A stretch of DNA of 64,000 bases. Origin: an uncultured virus (IMG/VR IMGVR_UViG_3300025708_000562) (taxonomy: Duplodnaviria > Heunggongvirae > Uroviricota > Caudoviricetes). The first letter of the stretch is position 1. Every line of letters begins with the position of its first letter. Position numbers and translations under genes: made by a program. The DNA lies in IMG/VR virus record IMGVR_UViG_3300025708_000562. One strand, 5' to 3'. The notes beneath the pieces are model-generated. The model ran no database searches and was not told the DNA's origin. It saw only the letters and a program-made list of their open reading frames with translations. Of this stretch, positions 1 through 8,535 are shown piece by piece.

Positions 1-791
1 CCGGCATATTCGGCACCATCGAGGTCGCCGGATCAGGCGGCACGCTTAGCCTGCTGGGCGGCGTGACTGGAATGGTGATCGACAATAGCGGCGGAGCGGT
101 TGCCATCGACTCCAGCGAGCTCAACCTAGCCAACATAAATGCGGAAATGGACGCCGCCTTGGCTGATTATTCCGACGATCTCGCCGATGCGGTATGGGAC
201 GAGGACGTCGCGGGGCATGTAATCCCCGGCTCGACCGGCAATACGCTTAGCGGAATCAGCTCTGGCGTATCTAGCGTGTACGCCAATACTCAGCGCGTGG
301 ATGGGCTTATCGGGATTGATAGCAGCGGCAATGATAGGTTTACCGCTAAGGCATTGGAGTTGGCCCCCACGGGTGGAGGCGGCGGAGCGAGTCCGAGTGA
401 TGTGTGGGGTTATGTGCCATCAGGCCTTGAGCCGTCCGGAAGCGCTGCTCAGCTCTTGGCGAGCGCTGCTTCGGGCGGTGCGTCTAGTGTGGTTGTAAAA
501 CCCGTCAGCGGCAGCGTGGTGGTGGCACTAGACTTGTCTGGGGCATTCGCTCAAGCCGGGGGCACCTCTTGGTCAGTACGCATGGTGCGCGTGCTGGATA
601 AGGACAAGAACGACGTTACGTATTCATTGTTAACCGGCTGTACTGTTGCAAATGGCGTCTTTACGTGTCACATCAACTCTGGCGGGAGGCTTGATGCCGC
701 TCCTTATGAGATAATTGCCGCCGTGCGCGTGGGGGTTAATCCGGCCCGCTGGGTGGCGCGGTCTTGCTTGATGCATCTGGAGGCGCGATGA
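1..791 (+). CDS. Virion structural / tail-associated protein, probably 5'-truncated by the window edge
   Basis: Gly/Ser-rich ORF with 'ADAVWDE' and 'SDVWGY' motifs typical of phage tail or fibre-associated proteins; stop overlaps the ligase start. Confidence 0.4.
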   Translation, partial: GIFGTIEVAGSGGTLSLLGGVTGMVIDNSGGAVAIDSSELNLANINAEMDAALADYSDDLADAVWDEDVAGHVIPGSTGNTLSGISSGVSSVYANTQRVDGLIGIDSSGNDRFTAKALELAPTGGGGGASPSDVWGYVPSGLEPSGSAAQLLASAASGGASSVVVKPVSGSVVVALDLSGAFAQAGGTSWSVRMVRVLDKDKNDVTYSLLTGCTVANGVFTCHINSGGRLDAAPYEIIAAVRVGVNPARWVARSCLMHLEAR

Positions 792-2140
792 GTCGTTTGA
801 GCTATATGCTTAAGCGCGCTAGCGATGATATCATGCTGCGCTCCGTGCATGTGCCTAGCGAAAACCTTACCCCAATAGGCTCACACTATTACGAGCCCGT
901 GGTAATCGGAGTCCAGCGGCACGACGCCGAGCGCAGGGGGACACATTATGACTTGCGAGTAGGTTTGCCTGATCGGTCGATATCATTTGTCATCCCTCGC
1001 CCCACGCTACAGGGTCAAGCAGGGCAGACTGCCACGTGGATACATCAACCCGACCATGTAGCTGCATATGCCACGCTGAGCGGGGTTATACCCTCTGGTC
1101 AGTACGGGGCGGGACCGTTTACTCTGGTCGCTAAGCATCCCGGGGTTTTGCATAGCAATAATGACGGATCGTACGATTTATACATACACGATAAAGACAT
1201 AGGCGATGCCAAGCTGACACTAAAAAAGAACCCCAGCAACGCGAAGCAGTACTTCGTGGTGCTGCGCAACCTGCCACGTGAGCGTGTGTGGCAGGAGCGT
1301 GGTAAATACAAGGACTGGCAGGGAGATATTCCGTCCTCGGGCTATACGGCTAGCGAAAAGCTGGACGGCGCCATGATGTATGCCACGCTTAATCCCAATG
1401 GGATCACCCTCACTAGCCGCAGGCGTGGGGTTGACGGCGAGCCACTCGTGAGAGAGCATCACGTCCCATGGATCAGGGACGCCAAAATACCTAAAGAGTA
1501 CATCGGCATGACCATCGCGGGGGAGCTATACCACCCCAAGGGGTTCAGCACCCTATCCGGCATACTCAATTCCTCACCCGTTAAGGCGCTCGAGCGTCAA
1601 CGCTCCGAGGGCAAGATACAATTCGCTCCATGGGGCATCGTGGGCATGCCCGGCGTGAGTTATGCTGATAAGATGGCCATTCTGGACGACTTAGTGGGTA
1701 AATTGAATAATCCATATATCACGCGGCCGCGCATGTCGGATAATCCCCAACAGCTCATGGCGCAAATCGAGCGTGAGGGCGGCGAGGGCATCGTCCTGGC
1801 AAGGTCAACCGACACCGACGACATGCCGATGTATCGTAAAAAAATATGGCACCCCTATGTCGGTAAGATTGTAGGCTACAACCCCGGCAGGGGTGATCTT
1901 GAGGGAACGGTGGGGTCGTTGATCGTAGAAGACGCCACGGGTAAGCGCGTCAATGTGGGGTCCGGCAAGGGGTTAGACGATAACCTCCGCAGATACATGG
2001 CTGAGCATTGGGATGAATTCCAAAACCGCAAGATAAGAGTTCTAGCTCGAGGCTCAAGCGGGAAATCGCTCCGGCATCCGCTTTATGGTGGCTTTGAGCT
2101 TGACGAAACGCCGCTAGACGACTGGGGCGTGGCCACCTAG
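788..2140 (+). CDS. ATP-dependent DNA ligase with N-terminal LigD-type 3'-phosphoesterase domain
   Basis: PE motifs QRHDA..HYDLR, PDH..Y and G.IP.GQYGAG; ligase motif I EKLDG, GELY, EGIVL; OB-domain VGSG; ATG at 788 follows GGAGG. Confidence 0.88.
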   Translation: MSRLSYMLKRASDDIMLRSVHVPSENLTPIGSHYYEPVVIGVQRHDAERRGTHYDLRVGLPDRSISFVIPRPTLQGQAGQTATWIHQPDHVAAYATLSGVIPSGQYGAGPFTLVAKHPGVLHSNNDGSYDLYIHDKDIGDAKLTLKKNPSNAKQYFVVLRNLPRERVWQERGKYKDWQGDIPSSGYTASEKLDGAMMYATLNPNGITLTSRRRGVDGEPLVREHHVPWIRDAKIPKEYIGMTIAGELYHPKGFSTLSGILNSSPVKALERQRSEGKIQFAPWGIVGMPGVSYADKMAILDDLVGKLNNPYITRPRMSDNPQQLMAQIEREGGEGIVLARSTDTDDMPMYRKKIWHPYVGKIVGYNPGRGDLEGTVGSLIVEDATGKRVNVGSGKGLDDNLRRYMAEHWDEFQNRKIRVLARGSSGKSLRHPLYGGFELDETPLDDWGVAT

Positions 2141-2330
2141 ACCACGCCCCGTCATCTTGATGTCAGCTGCTATAAGCGTCTCGGCGTCCAGTCGCAAAAG
2201 CCGCTATCGCGACTCCTGCGCTGACCGAGATAAACGCTATGTATAGCCACGTCGGGATGAAGCGCCCGATACTCATCAACACTGAAGCAATAGCGGTCAT
2301 CATCCACAGCGGCATAGCAAACCTCCGTAG

Positions 2331-3506
2331 CTAGGATCCATCGTCGTCGATTGCTTTACAAGCCGCACGCACCTCCTCTGCTGTGAGTAACGTTTTCTTA
2401 ACAACATAATATGCGCATGTGAGCAGCTGTAGTTCGGCTGGCATTATGATGCCAGGGACCTCCTCAGAGATAAACACCGAAATGGATGCTTTGTTAGCGT
2501 CTGGGAAGATATAGCACCACGCATCACTGCTCCCGTCGCGCGGGGTTGCCTTGAGTAGGTCGATTGCTGTTGTCTTAACTTCATCTGACGCACCCGACTG
2601 CGATATTGTGTGTGCTAGGATCTTGCGCAGTGGCGCTCCCGATGGCGAGGCCTCGCTTCGGCTCAGCGTGCCGAGCAGCGCTTCACACACTTCTCGTGGC
2701 GGTGCTAGCCAGTGCAGAGTCCAGCCTGCCTGATTAACCGCTGACCGTAGCGCGTTCGGTGAAGTGGCTGGCTGCGTCGCGGTTGGCTTGTGTAGGCCCA
2801 CTTGTACATCCGCGACAGTGGCGACCTGAGTGTTGCTTGACGGCCATATGCGAAAGTCTTCTGCTCGCTGGACTACCGAGCGTGCCGGTGGGTCGTCTAA
2901 TGCGATGATGTTGGTCTCAACAAATGGTATCGTCTCTATTGCGCTAACGTATGGCTCGTTGAGTTCGCTAAGCTTACAATCGTTAGCTAGCTCCATAAAT
3001 CGGCCGTAATCCCACCTGACGGCGAGGTCTTCCGAGTAGTAGGTGTTATCCTCCAGGCTAATCGCTGATGCCCATGCCAGGCCTCCATCGGCTACTTCAA
3101 GCTCGTAGTACTCGTCTTTCGGTGTTTTCAGCGTGGCGCGCTTGCAGTTATCGCTTACGCGCAACGTGTTCTTGCCCATGGTCCACGCCAGATTAGCCGG
3201 CATATGGCATTGCGCGGCGAGCCTCTCCTGCACATTGCGAGCTGCCACGCGGTAATCCAGACATTCTGATTTTCCCGGTATAGGCAGCACGTCTATTAGC
3301 ATCAGTACGCTTCCCATGTTGCGCACTACGCCATAACCGCCAACGGAAGAGTCGGAGCGCATTATCAGAAATGCCGCCCCGAGGCTGCTGATGGCGCGCT
3401 CGCTTATTACGAGCGTGCGCTTTAGGGGGTTGGTGCGCCTTTTCGACATGTCAGCTACAAACATCTTCATAAAGGCTCTCCTTGACGCTGTGGCCCTGCG
3501 GGCCAT
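2331..3506 (-). CDS. Hypothetical protein
   Basis: 391-aa ORF with no recognised motif; start uncertain. Confidence 0.5.
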   Translation of the reverse strand: MARRATASRRAFMKMFVADMSKRRTNPLKRTLVISERAISSLGAAFLIMRSDSSVGGYGVVRNMGSVLMLIDVLPIPGKSECLDYRVAARNVQERLAAQCHMPANLAWTMGKNTLRVSDNCKRATLKTPKDEYYELEVADGGLAWASAISLEDNTYYSEDLAVRWDYGRFMELANDCKLSELNEPYVSAIETIPFVETNIIALDDPPARSVVQRAEDFRIWPSSNTQVATVADVQVGLHKPTATQPATSPNALRSAVNQAGWTLHWLAPPREVCEALLGTLSRSEASPSGAPLRKILAHTISQSGASDEVKTTAIDLLKATPRDGSSDAWCYIFPDANKASISVFISEEVPGIIMPAELQLLTCAYYVVKKTLLTAEEVRAACKAIDDDGS

Positions 3507-3519
3507 ACTACTTAGTGCT

Positions 3520-4347
3520 ATGGATAAGACATCTTATGGAATCGTAACGCGGTATGACGCCGATGCGGGAACGATAGACGTTCGGCTAGACGGCGATAAC
3601 GACGACTGCTATCTTCTGGGCGTGCCAGTCGCCACGCTATCGCCTGATGTTGCTTTTGCTCCCACAGCTGGTATGCGTTGTGTGGTGGGTTATACACCAA
3701 ACAGCGGTGATGCCGTATGCTTTGGTTTCATGGGGACTATCGGCGAGGAGTCTGACGCCGCTCGCTCCGAGCAAGATACCGTCCAGGGCGATTTGCGCCT
3801 CGGCCGGCCGGATGCCAACATGCTGTCCATGCAGCGTGGTGGATTGACAGCTCTGCAAGCTGCTCCGGGTACTGGTTTATGGATGCATGGCGACTCCCGG
3901 GCCATCAATGTATGCGGCGAGAAAGTCATGCTCTCCACTCCAACCGTGAATGGCGGATTAGAGACTGATGACGCCGGATGGCCTAAGATATCCCTGTTTG
4001 TCTATAACGCATTAGGCAAGATATTGGAAGCATTACTAGGCGCGACTCGGATATGGACCATGAATGCTCCAGGGCTGTGCGGCATTAGCGAAACGCTAGG
4101 TGGCGATCCTACTAATCCAGCTCCGTTTAGGGACTTATCAGTCGTCGGCGCCGCTGGCACTACACAAATTCACATAGGCCAGGATGGGGTCAGCATTACA
4201 TCAAACGCCCCCGTTTCCGTTACTAGCACGAGCAACGTGGAGGTGTCAGCGCCCTCCGTAACCCTCAAGGGTGTATGCGAGGTACAGGGGGCGCTTAACG
4301 TGGTTGGAGCACTCTCAGTCGGAGGCGTCCCCCTTAGCGTTCCCTAG
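3520..4347 (+). CDS. Baseplate central spike / gpV-Gp5-like protein
   Basis: N-terminal OB-fold-like segment (G.VT.YD...TIDV..P..G.RCVV) and beta-strand-rich C-terminus; ATG 3520 follows TTGACG-16-CATACT. Confidence 0.6.
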   Translation: MDKTSYGIVTRYDADAGTIDVRLDGDNDDCYLLGVPVATLSPDVAFAPTAGMRCVVGYTPNSGDAVCFGFMGTIGEESDAARSEQDTVQGDLRLGRPDANMLSMQRGGLTALQAAPGTGLWMHGDSRAINVCGEKVMLSTPTVNGGLETDDAGWPKISLFVYNALGKILEALLGATRIWTMNAPGLCGISETLGGDPTNPAPFRDLSVVGAAGTTQIHIGQDGVSITSNAPVSVTSTSNVEVSAPSVTLKGVCEVQGALNVVGALSVGGVPLSVP

Positions 4348-4357
4348 GAGGTGAAGA

Positions 4358-4498
4358 GTGAAACACTGTGAAGACTGCCCGATGACTAAGATATCAGAAG
4401 CCGTGAGTGACGCTGGAATGGTCAAATACGGCCGCGTTATAGTCGACGACGAGGACGACGAAGCTATCTCCTCGGAAGAGGCTGATCAGGATCCATAA
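4358..4498 (+). CDS. Small hypothetical protein (46 aa, CxxC, acidic tail)
   Basis: GGAGGTG SD then GTG AAA CAC TGT GAA GAC TGC...TAA; below the ORF-track cutoff. Confidence 0.4.
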   Translation: MKHCEDCPMTKISEAVSDAGMVKYGRVIVDDEDDEAISSEEADQDP

Positions 4499-4847
4499 GG
4501 CGCAGCTCCTGCTCCGTAACCCTGCAATATACAAGCAGAGCTTCCAACAGGGCGCGGGTCAGCCTTGCCACGCCGTCACCCTCCGTGGTGTGATGAAAGT
4601 CTGAGTAGTAGAATTCATCAGCGGCGGTCTTATTCCACAACCCGCATAGGTTGAAGGTCATGCTGACGCCACTCTCCACCTCGGCATCCCACCACCATCC
4701 CAGGTTGGTATTGAAGGGCATGAGGGCTATTTTCAAACCCTGGGTTGTGTGGACTACATAGCCATCGGACTTCAAGCGCTTGTTGGGAACATTATCGCCC
4801 CAGGCCATCAGCATTGTACGACGCCTATGTTTTAACCATAGCCTCAT
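4464..4847 (-). CDS. Paralogous family protein (C-terminal R..(I/L).AL..YCR motif)
   Basis: C-terminus RALLEALLVYCRVTEQELRL matches other family members. Confidence 0.65.
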   Translation of the reverse strand: MRLWLKHRRRTMLMAWGDNVPNKRLKSDGYVVHTTQGLKIALMPFNTNLGWWWDAEVESGVSMTFNLCGLWNKTAADEFYYSDFHHTTEGDGVARLTRALLEALLVYCRVTEQELRLMDPDQPLPRR

Positions 4848-4859
4848 ATCAACCCCCCT

Positions 4860-4949
4860 CTAATAGAGCTCCAGGGCTTGCCCGGTGTCTCTGCAATAAT
4901 GCACTAACGCGCTGAGTGTGGTGGCCACGAGTTCTAGTCTTGCTTTCAT
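4860..4949 (-). CDS. 29-aa mini-gene consisting of only the paralogous-family C-terminal motif
   Basis: MKARLELVATTLSALVHYCRDTGQALELY*; GGAGG SD; ATGA overlap with the upstream stop. Confidence 0.55.
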   Translation of the reverse strand: MKARLELVATTLSALVHYCRDTGQALELY

Positions 4950-5365
4950 GAGCCTCCCTCCTGCAAATCGCGGCATAATTCCAACGCCTGATTAGTAGCG
5001 CGACAATGACAGAGCAAGGCGCTCAAGATTGCGCGCTGCCATTCCACGAAATCAAGATGTGATGCGTTTAAACCCAAAACCGCAGTGTGTTCTGGCAGTA
5101 TGTGATCTCGCGCCGAGGGGCCGCCGAGGCCTACCAGCCGGATGCGGTTTGAGCGAGTCGTACCCTCGGGCTGGTCATACTTCCACGCTATTGTTATATC
5201 GCTATAGGAGCCGTCGTCGATGCGTATGCTCCTTGTGACTCCGTCTCGCCCTGTATACATCAGCAAAACATTGTCCTCTAAATGCTTGACAGCATTATCA
5301 ATCCACGCTATGGCCAGGTTGGTGTTTTGGGCATAATTCAGTGACACTTCCAGTGCGGTGATCAT
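4946..5365 (-). CDS. Paralogous family protein
   Basis: C-terminus QRAILSALLCHCRATNQALEL; strong SD. Confidence 0.7.
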   Translation of the reverse strand: MITALEVSLNYAQNTNLAIAWIDNAVKHLEDNVLLMYTGRDGVTRSIRIDDGSYSDITIAWKYDQPEGTTRSNRIRLVGLGGPSARDHILPEHTAVLGLNASHLDFVEWQRAILSALLCHCRATNQALELCRDLQEGGS

Positions 5366-5451
5366 TCCTCCCTCCCCCTTGTTGACGAGTCAGCTCTAAT
5401 TGTGGCTAGATACCTCAACCAATATATAACCCATAACCGCCTGGATTGGGC

Positions 5452-5480
5452 TTGACATTTCTGGCGTATTGTTGTAAAGT
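5452..5480 (+). promoter_or_regulatory. Sigma70-like promoter of dnaB
   Basis: TTGACA-17 nt-TAAAGT, followed by GGAGG SD. Confidence 0.6.
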
Positions 5481-5500
5481 AGCCGTCCGGAGGTAGACGC

Positions 5501-6820
5501 ATGACAGATTTCAATCCCGGCTCGATGCCGTATTCGCCAGAAGCCGAGCGTGCGGTTTTAGCCGCGCTGATGGCTGATCAGGATTTAGCCCTAGAGGTAT
5601 TGGCTAGCGTAAGGGAGCATTACTTTTACAACCCCACGCATAGGGCTATTTTCAGGGCTTGTTGCGAGCTGGAAAAAAGTGGCACGGCAATAGACCTAGT
5701 GTCGGTGGCGGGCAAGTTTAGTAGCTCTAGCAACATGATGGATACCATCGTGGATATCTGCGCAGATCTCCCGACGATGGCCAATACGAAGTATCATGTC
5801 CGGCAGTTGAAGAATTACTCAACGCGTCGGCAGCTGATCAGCGCGTCACAGACGATAGCTAAGAATGCCATGCAGGATACCTCTAACGACACTAGCGCAC
5901 TATTAGACCGCTCGGAGCATGCGATTCTGTCAATCGGGGAGGGCAATGTAACGAAAGACTTCGTGCGTGCCGGAGAAATGCTGGATACCAGCCTTGAGGA
6001 TCTAGGCAGGATGCGAACGGGCAGTTCTATTGTTGGCATATCGACCGGGTTCAAGCGCTTAGATGCATACACGACAGGCTTGCACCCCGGGGAGTTTATC
6101 ATCATAGGCGCGCGGCCTGCCGTGGGGAAGACCAGCTTGGCGCTTAACATGGCAACAAACATTGCATCCTCAGGCCGGTCGGCGGGATTCTTCAGCCTCG
6201 AGATGCAGAGTAAAGAAATAATGAATCGCCTGATTTACTCTACCAGCAGGATACGCCCCGTGCAGGTGGTCAACAACCTAATCTCAGAAGTGCAGTGGGG
6301 CAGGATAGTCAAGGAGACGCGAAACCGTCTCGAATCTATGCCGCTGTATATAGACGACTCCGCGGCAATGACTCCCGTAGAGATGCGTGCTAAGGCGAGG
6401 CGTTTAAAGCATCGCGCGGGATTAGACGTGTTGTTTATAGACTATATCCAGCTAATGTCCTGCGGCGCAGATAGGGAAAACAGGCAGCAGGAGGTGACGC
6501 AGATCTCGCGGGATCTAAAAGCAATGGCGAAGGACTTAGATATCACAGTGGTGGCGCTATCTCAGCTGAGCCGCAAGACGACAGGCCATAACGGCCCGCC
6601 GATGCTGCATGAGCTGAGAGAATCAGGCTCACTAGAGCAAGACGCTGACGTGGTGGCTTTTCTATACGACCCCAACGCCGAAGCGCGTTACGAGCAAGAA
6701 GGCCCGACACGCCGCGTATCGCTGATTCTAGCCAAACAACGCAACGGCCCCACGGGGGAGATACCGATGTTTTTCGACTCAGAGATCACCACATTTGAAG
6801 AAGCAGATCTAGCATACTGA
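5501..6820 (+). CDS. dnaB: Replicative DNA helicase DnaB
   Basis: N-terminal P.S.EAE.AVL; Walker A GARPAVGKT; FSLEM; IDYIQL; LSQLSR; LRESGSLEQDAD; KQRNGPTG. Confidence 0.97.
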   Translation: MTDFNPGSMPYSPEAERAVLAALMADQDLALEVLASVREHYFYNPTHRAIFRACCELEKSGTAIDLVSVAGKFSSSSNMMDTIVDICADLPTMANTKYHVRQLKNYSTRRQLISASQTIAKNAMQDTSNDTSALLDRSEHAILSIGEGNVTKDFVRAGEMLDTSLEDLGRMRTGSSIVGISTGFKRLDAYTTGLHPGEFIIIGARPAVGKTSLALNMATNIASSGRSAGFFSLEMQSKEIMNRLIYSTSRIRPVQVVNNLISEVQWGRIVKETRNRLESMPLYIDDSAAMTPVEMRAKARRLKHRAGLDVLFIDYIQLMSCGADRENRQQEVTQISRDLKAMAKDLDITVVALSQLSRKTTGHNGPPMLHELRESGSLEQDADVVAFLYDPNAEARYEQEGPTRRVSLILAKQRNGPTGEIPMFFDSEITTFEEADLAY

Positions 6821-6822
6821 CT

Positions 6823-6880
6823 AAAAAGAAAAAGGGAGGAGGGGGCCATCCTTGCGGATGACCCCCCTGAGGATTTTTTA
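6823..6880. terminator. Putative terminator between convergent genes
   Basis: GGGGG-CCATCC-loop-GGATGA-CCCCC hairpin flanked by A-rich and T-rich tracts. Confidence 0.5.
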
Positions 6881-7336
6881 CTCGAAGCTCCGGGGGTAGT
6901 AAGCCCCCGGTTCGGGGACCCGGCCGGGGGCCCTCTTGCGAGGGCTCCGCCTCGGGAGGACGGCCACAGCTCCGGCCGTCATCCCAAAGAGCCAAACCGG
7001 AATCCGGGTGGCCCCGGGGGCCACCCTCCACCCCTCCCCGGGGGTCTCAGCGGCGCTCTGAACGCCCCCGAGGATCCTGGCTCTTTCGGCCAGAATCCTC
7101 GGGGCCGTAGAGAGGCCCCGGAGCCCGGCCTCCCGGCCGGGCATCTCCGGGAGCTCCCCGGCGGCCTCCGCGGCCAGCCGGGGGGTGGCCGCCGGGGTCT
7201 CCCCCGCGGCCACCTCGGACACCCACTCGGCGGCCGCCTGCCGCTGGTGGGTATCAATCCGTGCAATCCATACCGCGCTGGTGGCCAGCGCGGCCACCAC
7301 CACAAACAGCGGCGTTTTAGCCACTTTTCCCCTCAT
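6878..7336 (-). CDS. Hypothetical membrane or exported protein, very GC-rich
   Basis: N-terminal hydrophobic segment; second hydrophobic segment followed by a basic tail. Confidence 0.45.
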   Translation of the reverse strand: MRGKVAKTPLFVVVAALATSAVWIARIDTHQRQAAAEWVSEVAAGETPAATPRLAAEAAGELPEMPGREAGLRGLSTAPRILAERARILGGVQSAAETPGEGWRVAPGATRIPVWLFGMTAGAVAVLPRRSPRKRAPGRVPEPGAYYPRSFE

Positions 7337-7724
7337 ACGGCGGGATGAGCCTTTCCGTCACCGTGTGCATCTCTAGGATGCGCTCGTAATGCGAGAAACG
7401 ATATCGCGTGCCCTCTACGCTACCTCCTCCCGGGATTCGCATTAAGACGGGGCGGATCAACATCGTCCCTGATTTAATCGTTTCGCTATTATGCAGTAAG
7501 TGGGACATCATGCGCGGGCTGGCTATGACTTCTGCCGCCACGTATTTATGCCCCGATAGCATGTAATCAAACTCCTCTACTGCTTTATCAAGATTGGCAT
7601 GATGAGTTATCTCAAAGGGGACTATCCCAACGTTTTCTCCAAAAAGCGCCTGCAGTTCAGCCCGCTGGCGTTCTAAAAGAGCGTGGCGTGTAACTCGTGC
7701 CACCCACAGCCTGTCTTCTCCCAT
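7317..7724 (-). CDS. Hypothetical protein
   Basis: Likely start MGEDRLW at 7724, divergent from thyX. Confidence 0.5.
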   Translation of the reverse strand: MGEDRLWVARVTRHALLERQRAELQALFGENVGIVPFEITHHANLDKAVEEFDYMLSGHKYVAAEVIASPRMMSHLLHNSETIKSGTMLIRPVLMRIPGGGSVEGTRYRFSHYERILEMHTVTERLIPPYEGKSG

Positions 7725-7785
7725 GGTGTACTTCCTTGACGCGCGATATAGCGCTGAGTATATTGGTCCGCGAAGGAGGTTGGAA

Positions 7786-8436
7786 ATGGTCCAACGTATC
7801 ACCCCTAGCGCCAGGTTGCTCTACATTGCTCCAGACAATGCAGAAGAAGCTATCGCGCAAGCTCGCTGGTTTTGCAAGAACAACGTTAAGGAAGAGCCAA
7901 CTCCGCAGCAGATTCAACGCGCTATTACCAATACGCTAGAAACCGGACACGTCGGTGTACTCGAGCATGCTATCGCATCTTTTGAAATCGACCTAAGCCG
8001 CGTTACTTCACATCAGCTTGTACGACACAGAATGGCATCTTACGTTCAGGAATCGCAACGCGCAGTAGCGCAAGTCCCGGATGTTATCCTCCCGGATAGC
8101 TATGAAGAGATTCCGCTTGAGTATCTTGAGCGCGTAATGAAGTTTCTCGACGATGCACACGGGCTTTATAAAGGCCTGCAAGACGCCGGCATGCGTCGCG
8201 AAGACGCGCGCTATATTTTACCACAATGCTTTGCTTCTTGCTTGAGAGCGACCGCTAATTTCCGCAGCTGGATGCACTTCCTGCGCTTGAGATTGCACGT
8301 CTCGGCTCAGGACGAGATCCGCGATATTGCAGAGTCTATTCAGAGTCAGCTAGCCGAGCGCTGCCCGTCGGTATTCTCCATGGAAGCGCTACAGCGTTAT
8401 GTAGAGGTGCCGGAATTGACCACTAGCTCCACATGA
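7786..8436 (+). CDS. thyX: Flavin-dependent thymidylate synthase ThyX
   Basis: GH..VLEH, SRVTSHQLVRHR..S..QESQR, EDARYILP, N.RSW.HFL.LR, AQ.EIR; AAGGAGG SD before ATG 7786. Confidence 0.95.
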   Translation: MVQRITPSARLLYIAPDNAEEAIAQARWFCKNNVKEEPTPQQIQRAITNTLETGHVGVLEHAIASFEIDLSRVTSHQLVRHRMASYVQESQRAVAQVPDVILPDSYEEIPLEYLERVMKFLDDAHGLYKGLQDAGMRREDARYILPQCFASCLRATANFRSWMHFLRLRLHVSAQDEIRDIAESIQSQLAERCPSVFSMEALQRYVEVPELTTSST

Positions 8437-8535
8437 TTTATACCGTATCTTATGCGTTATTAGCGCTTAAGTTGACGCAACGCAACATTAGCCTAAAGTA
8501 CAGTGTATAGTTGCGCACAACTAGGAGGCCGACAT

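Noticed and set aside
3391..3519. 5' extensions of the spike ORF (3391), thyX (7723) and ligase (764)
   Set aside because: Downstream starts have better SD or promoter context and avoid long overlaps
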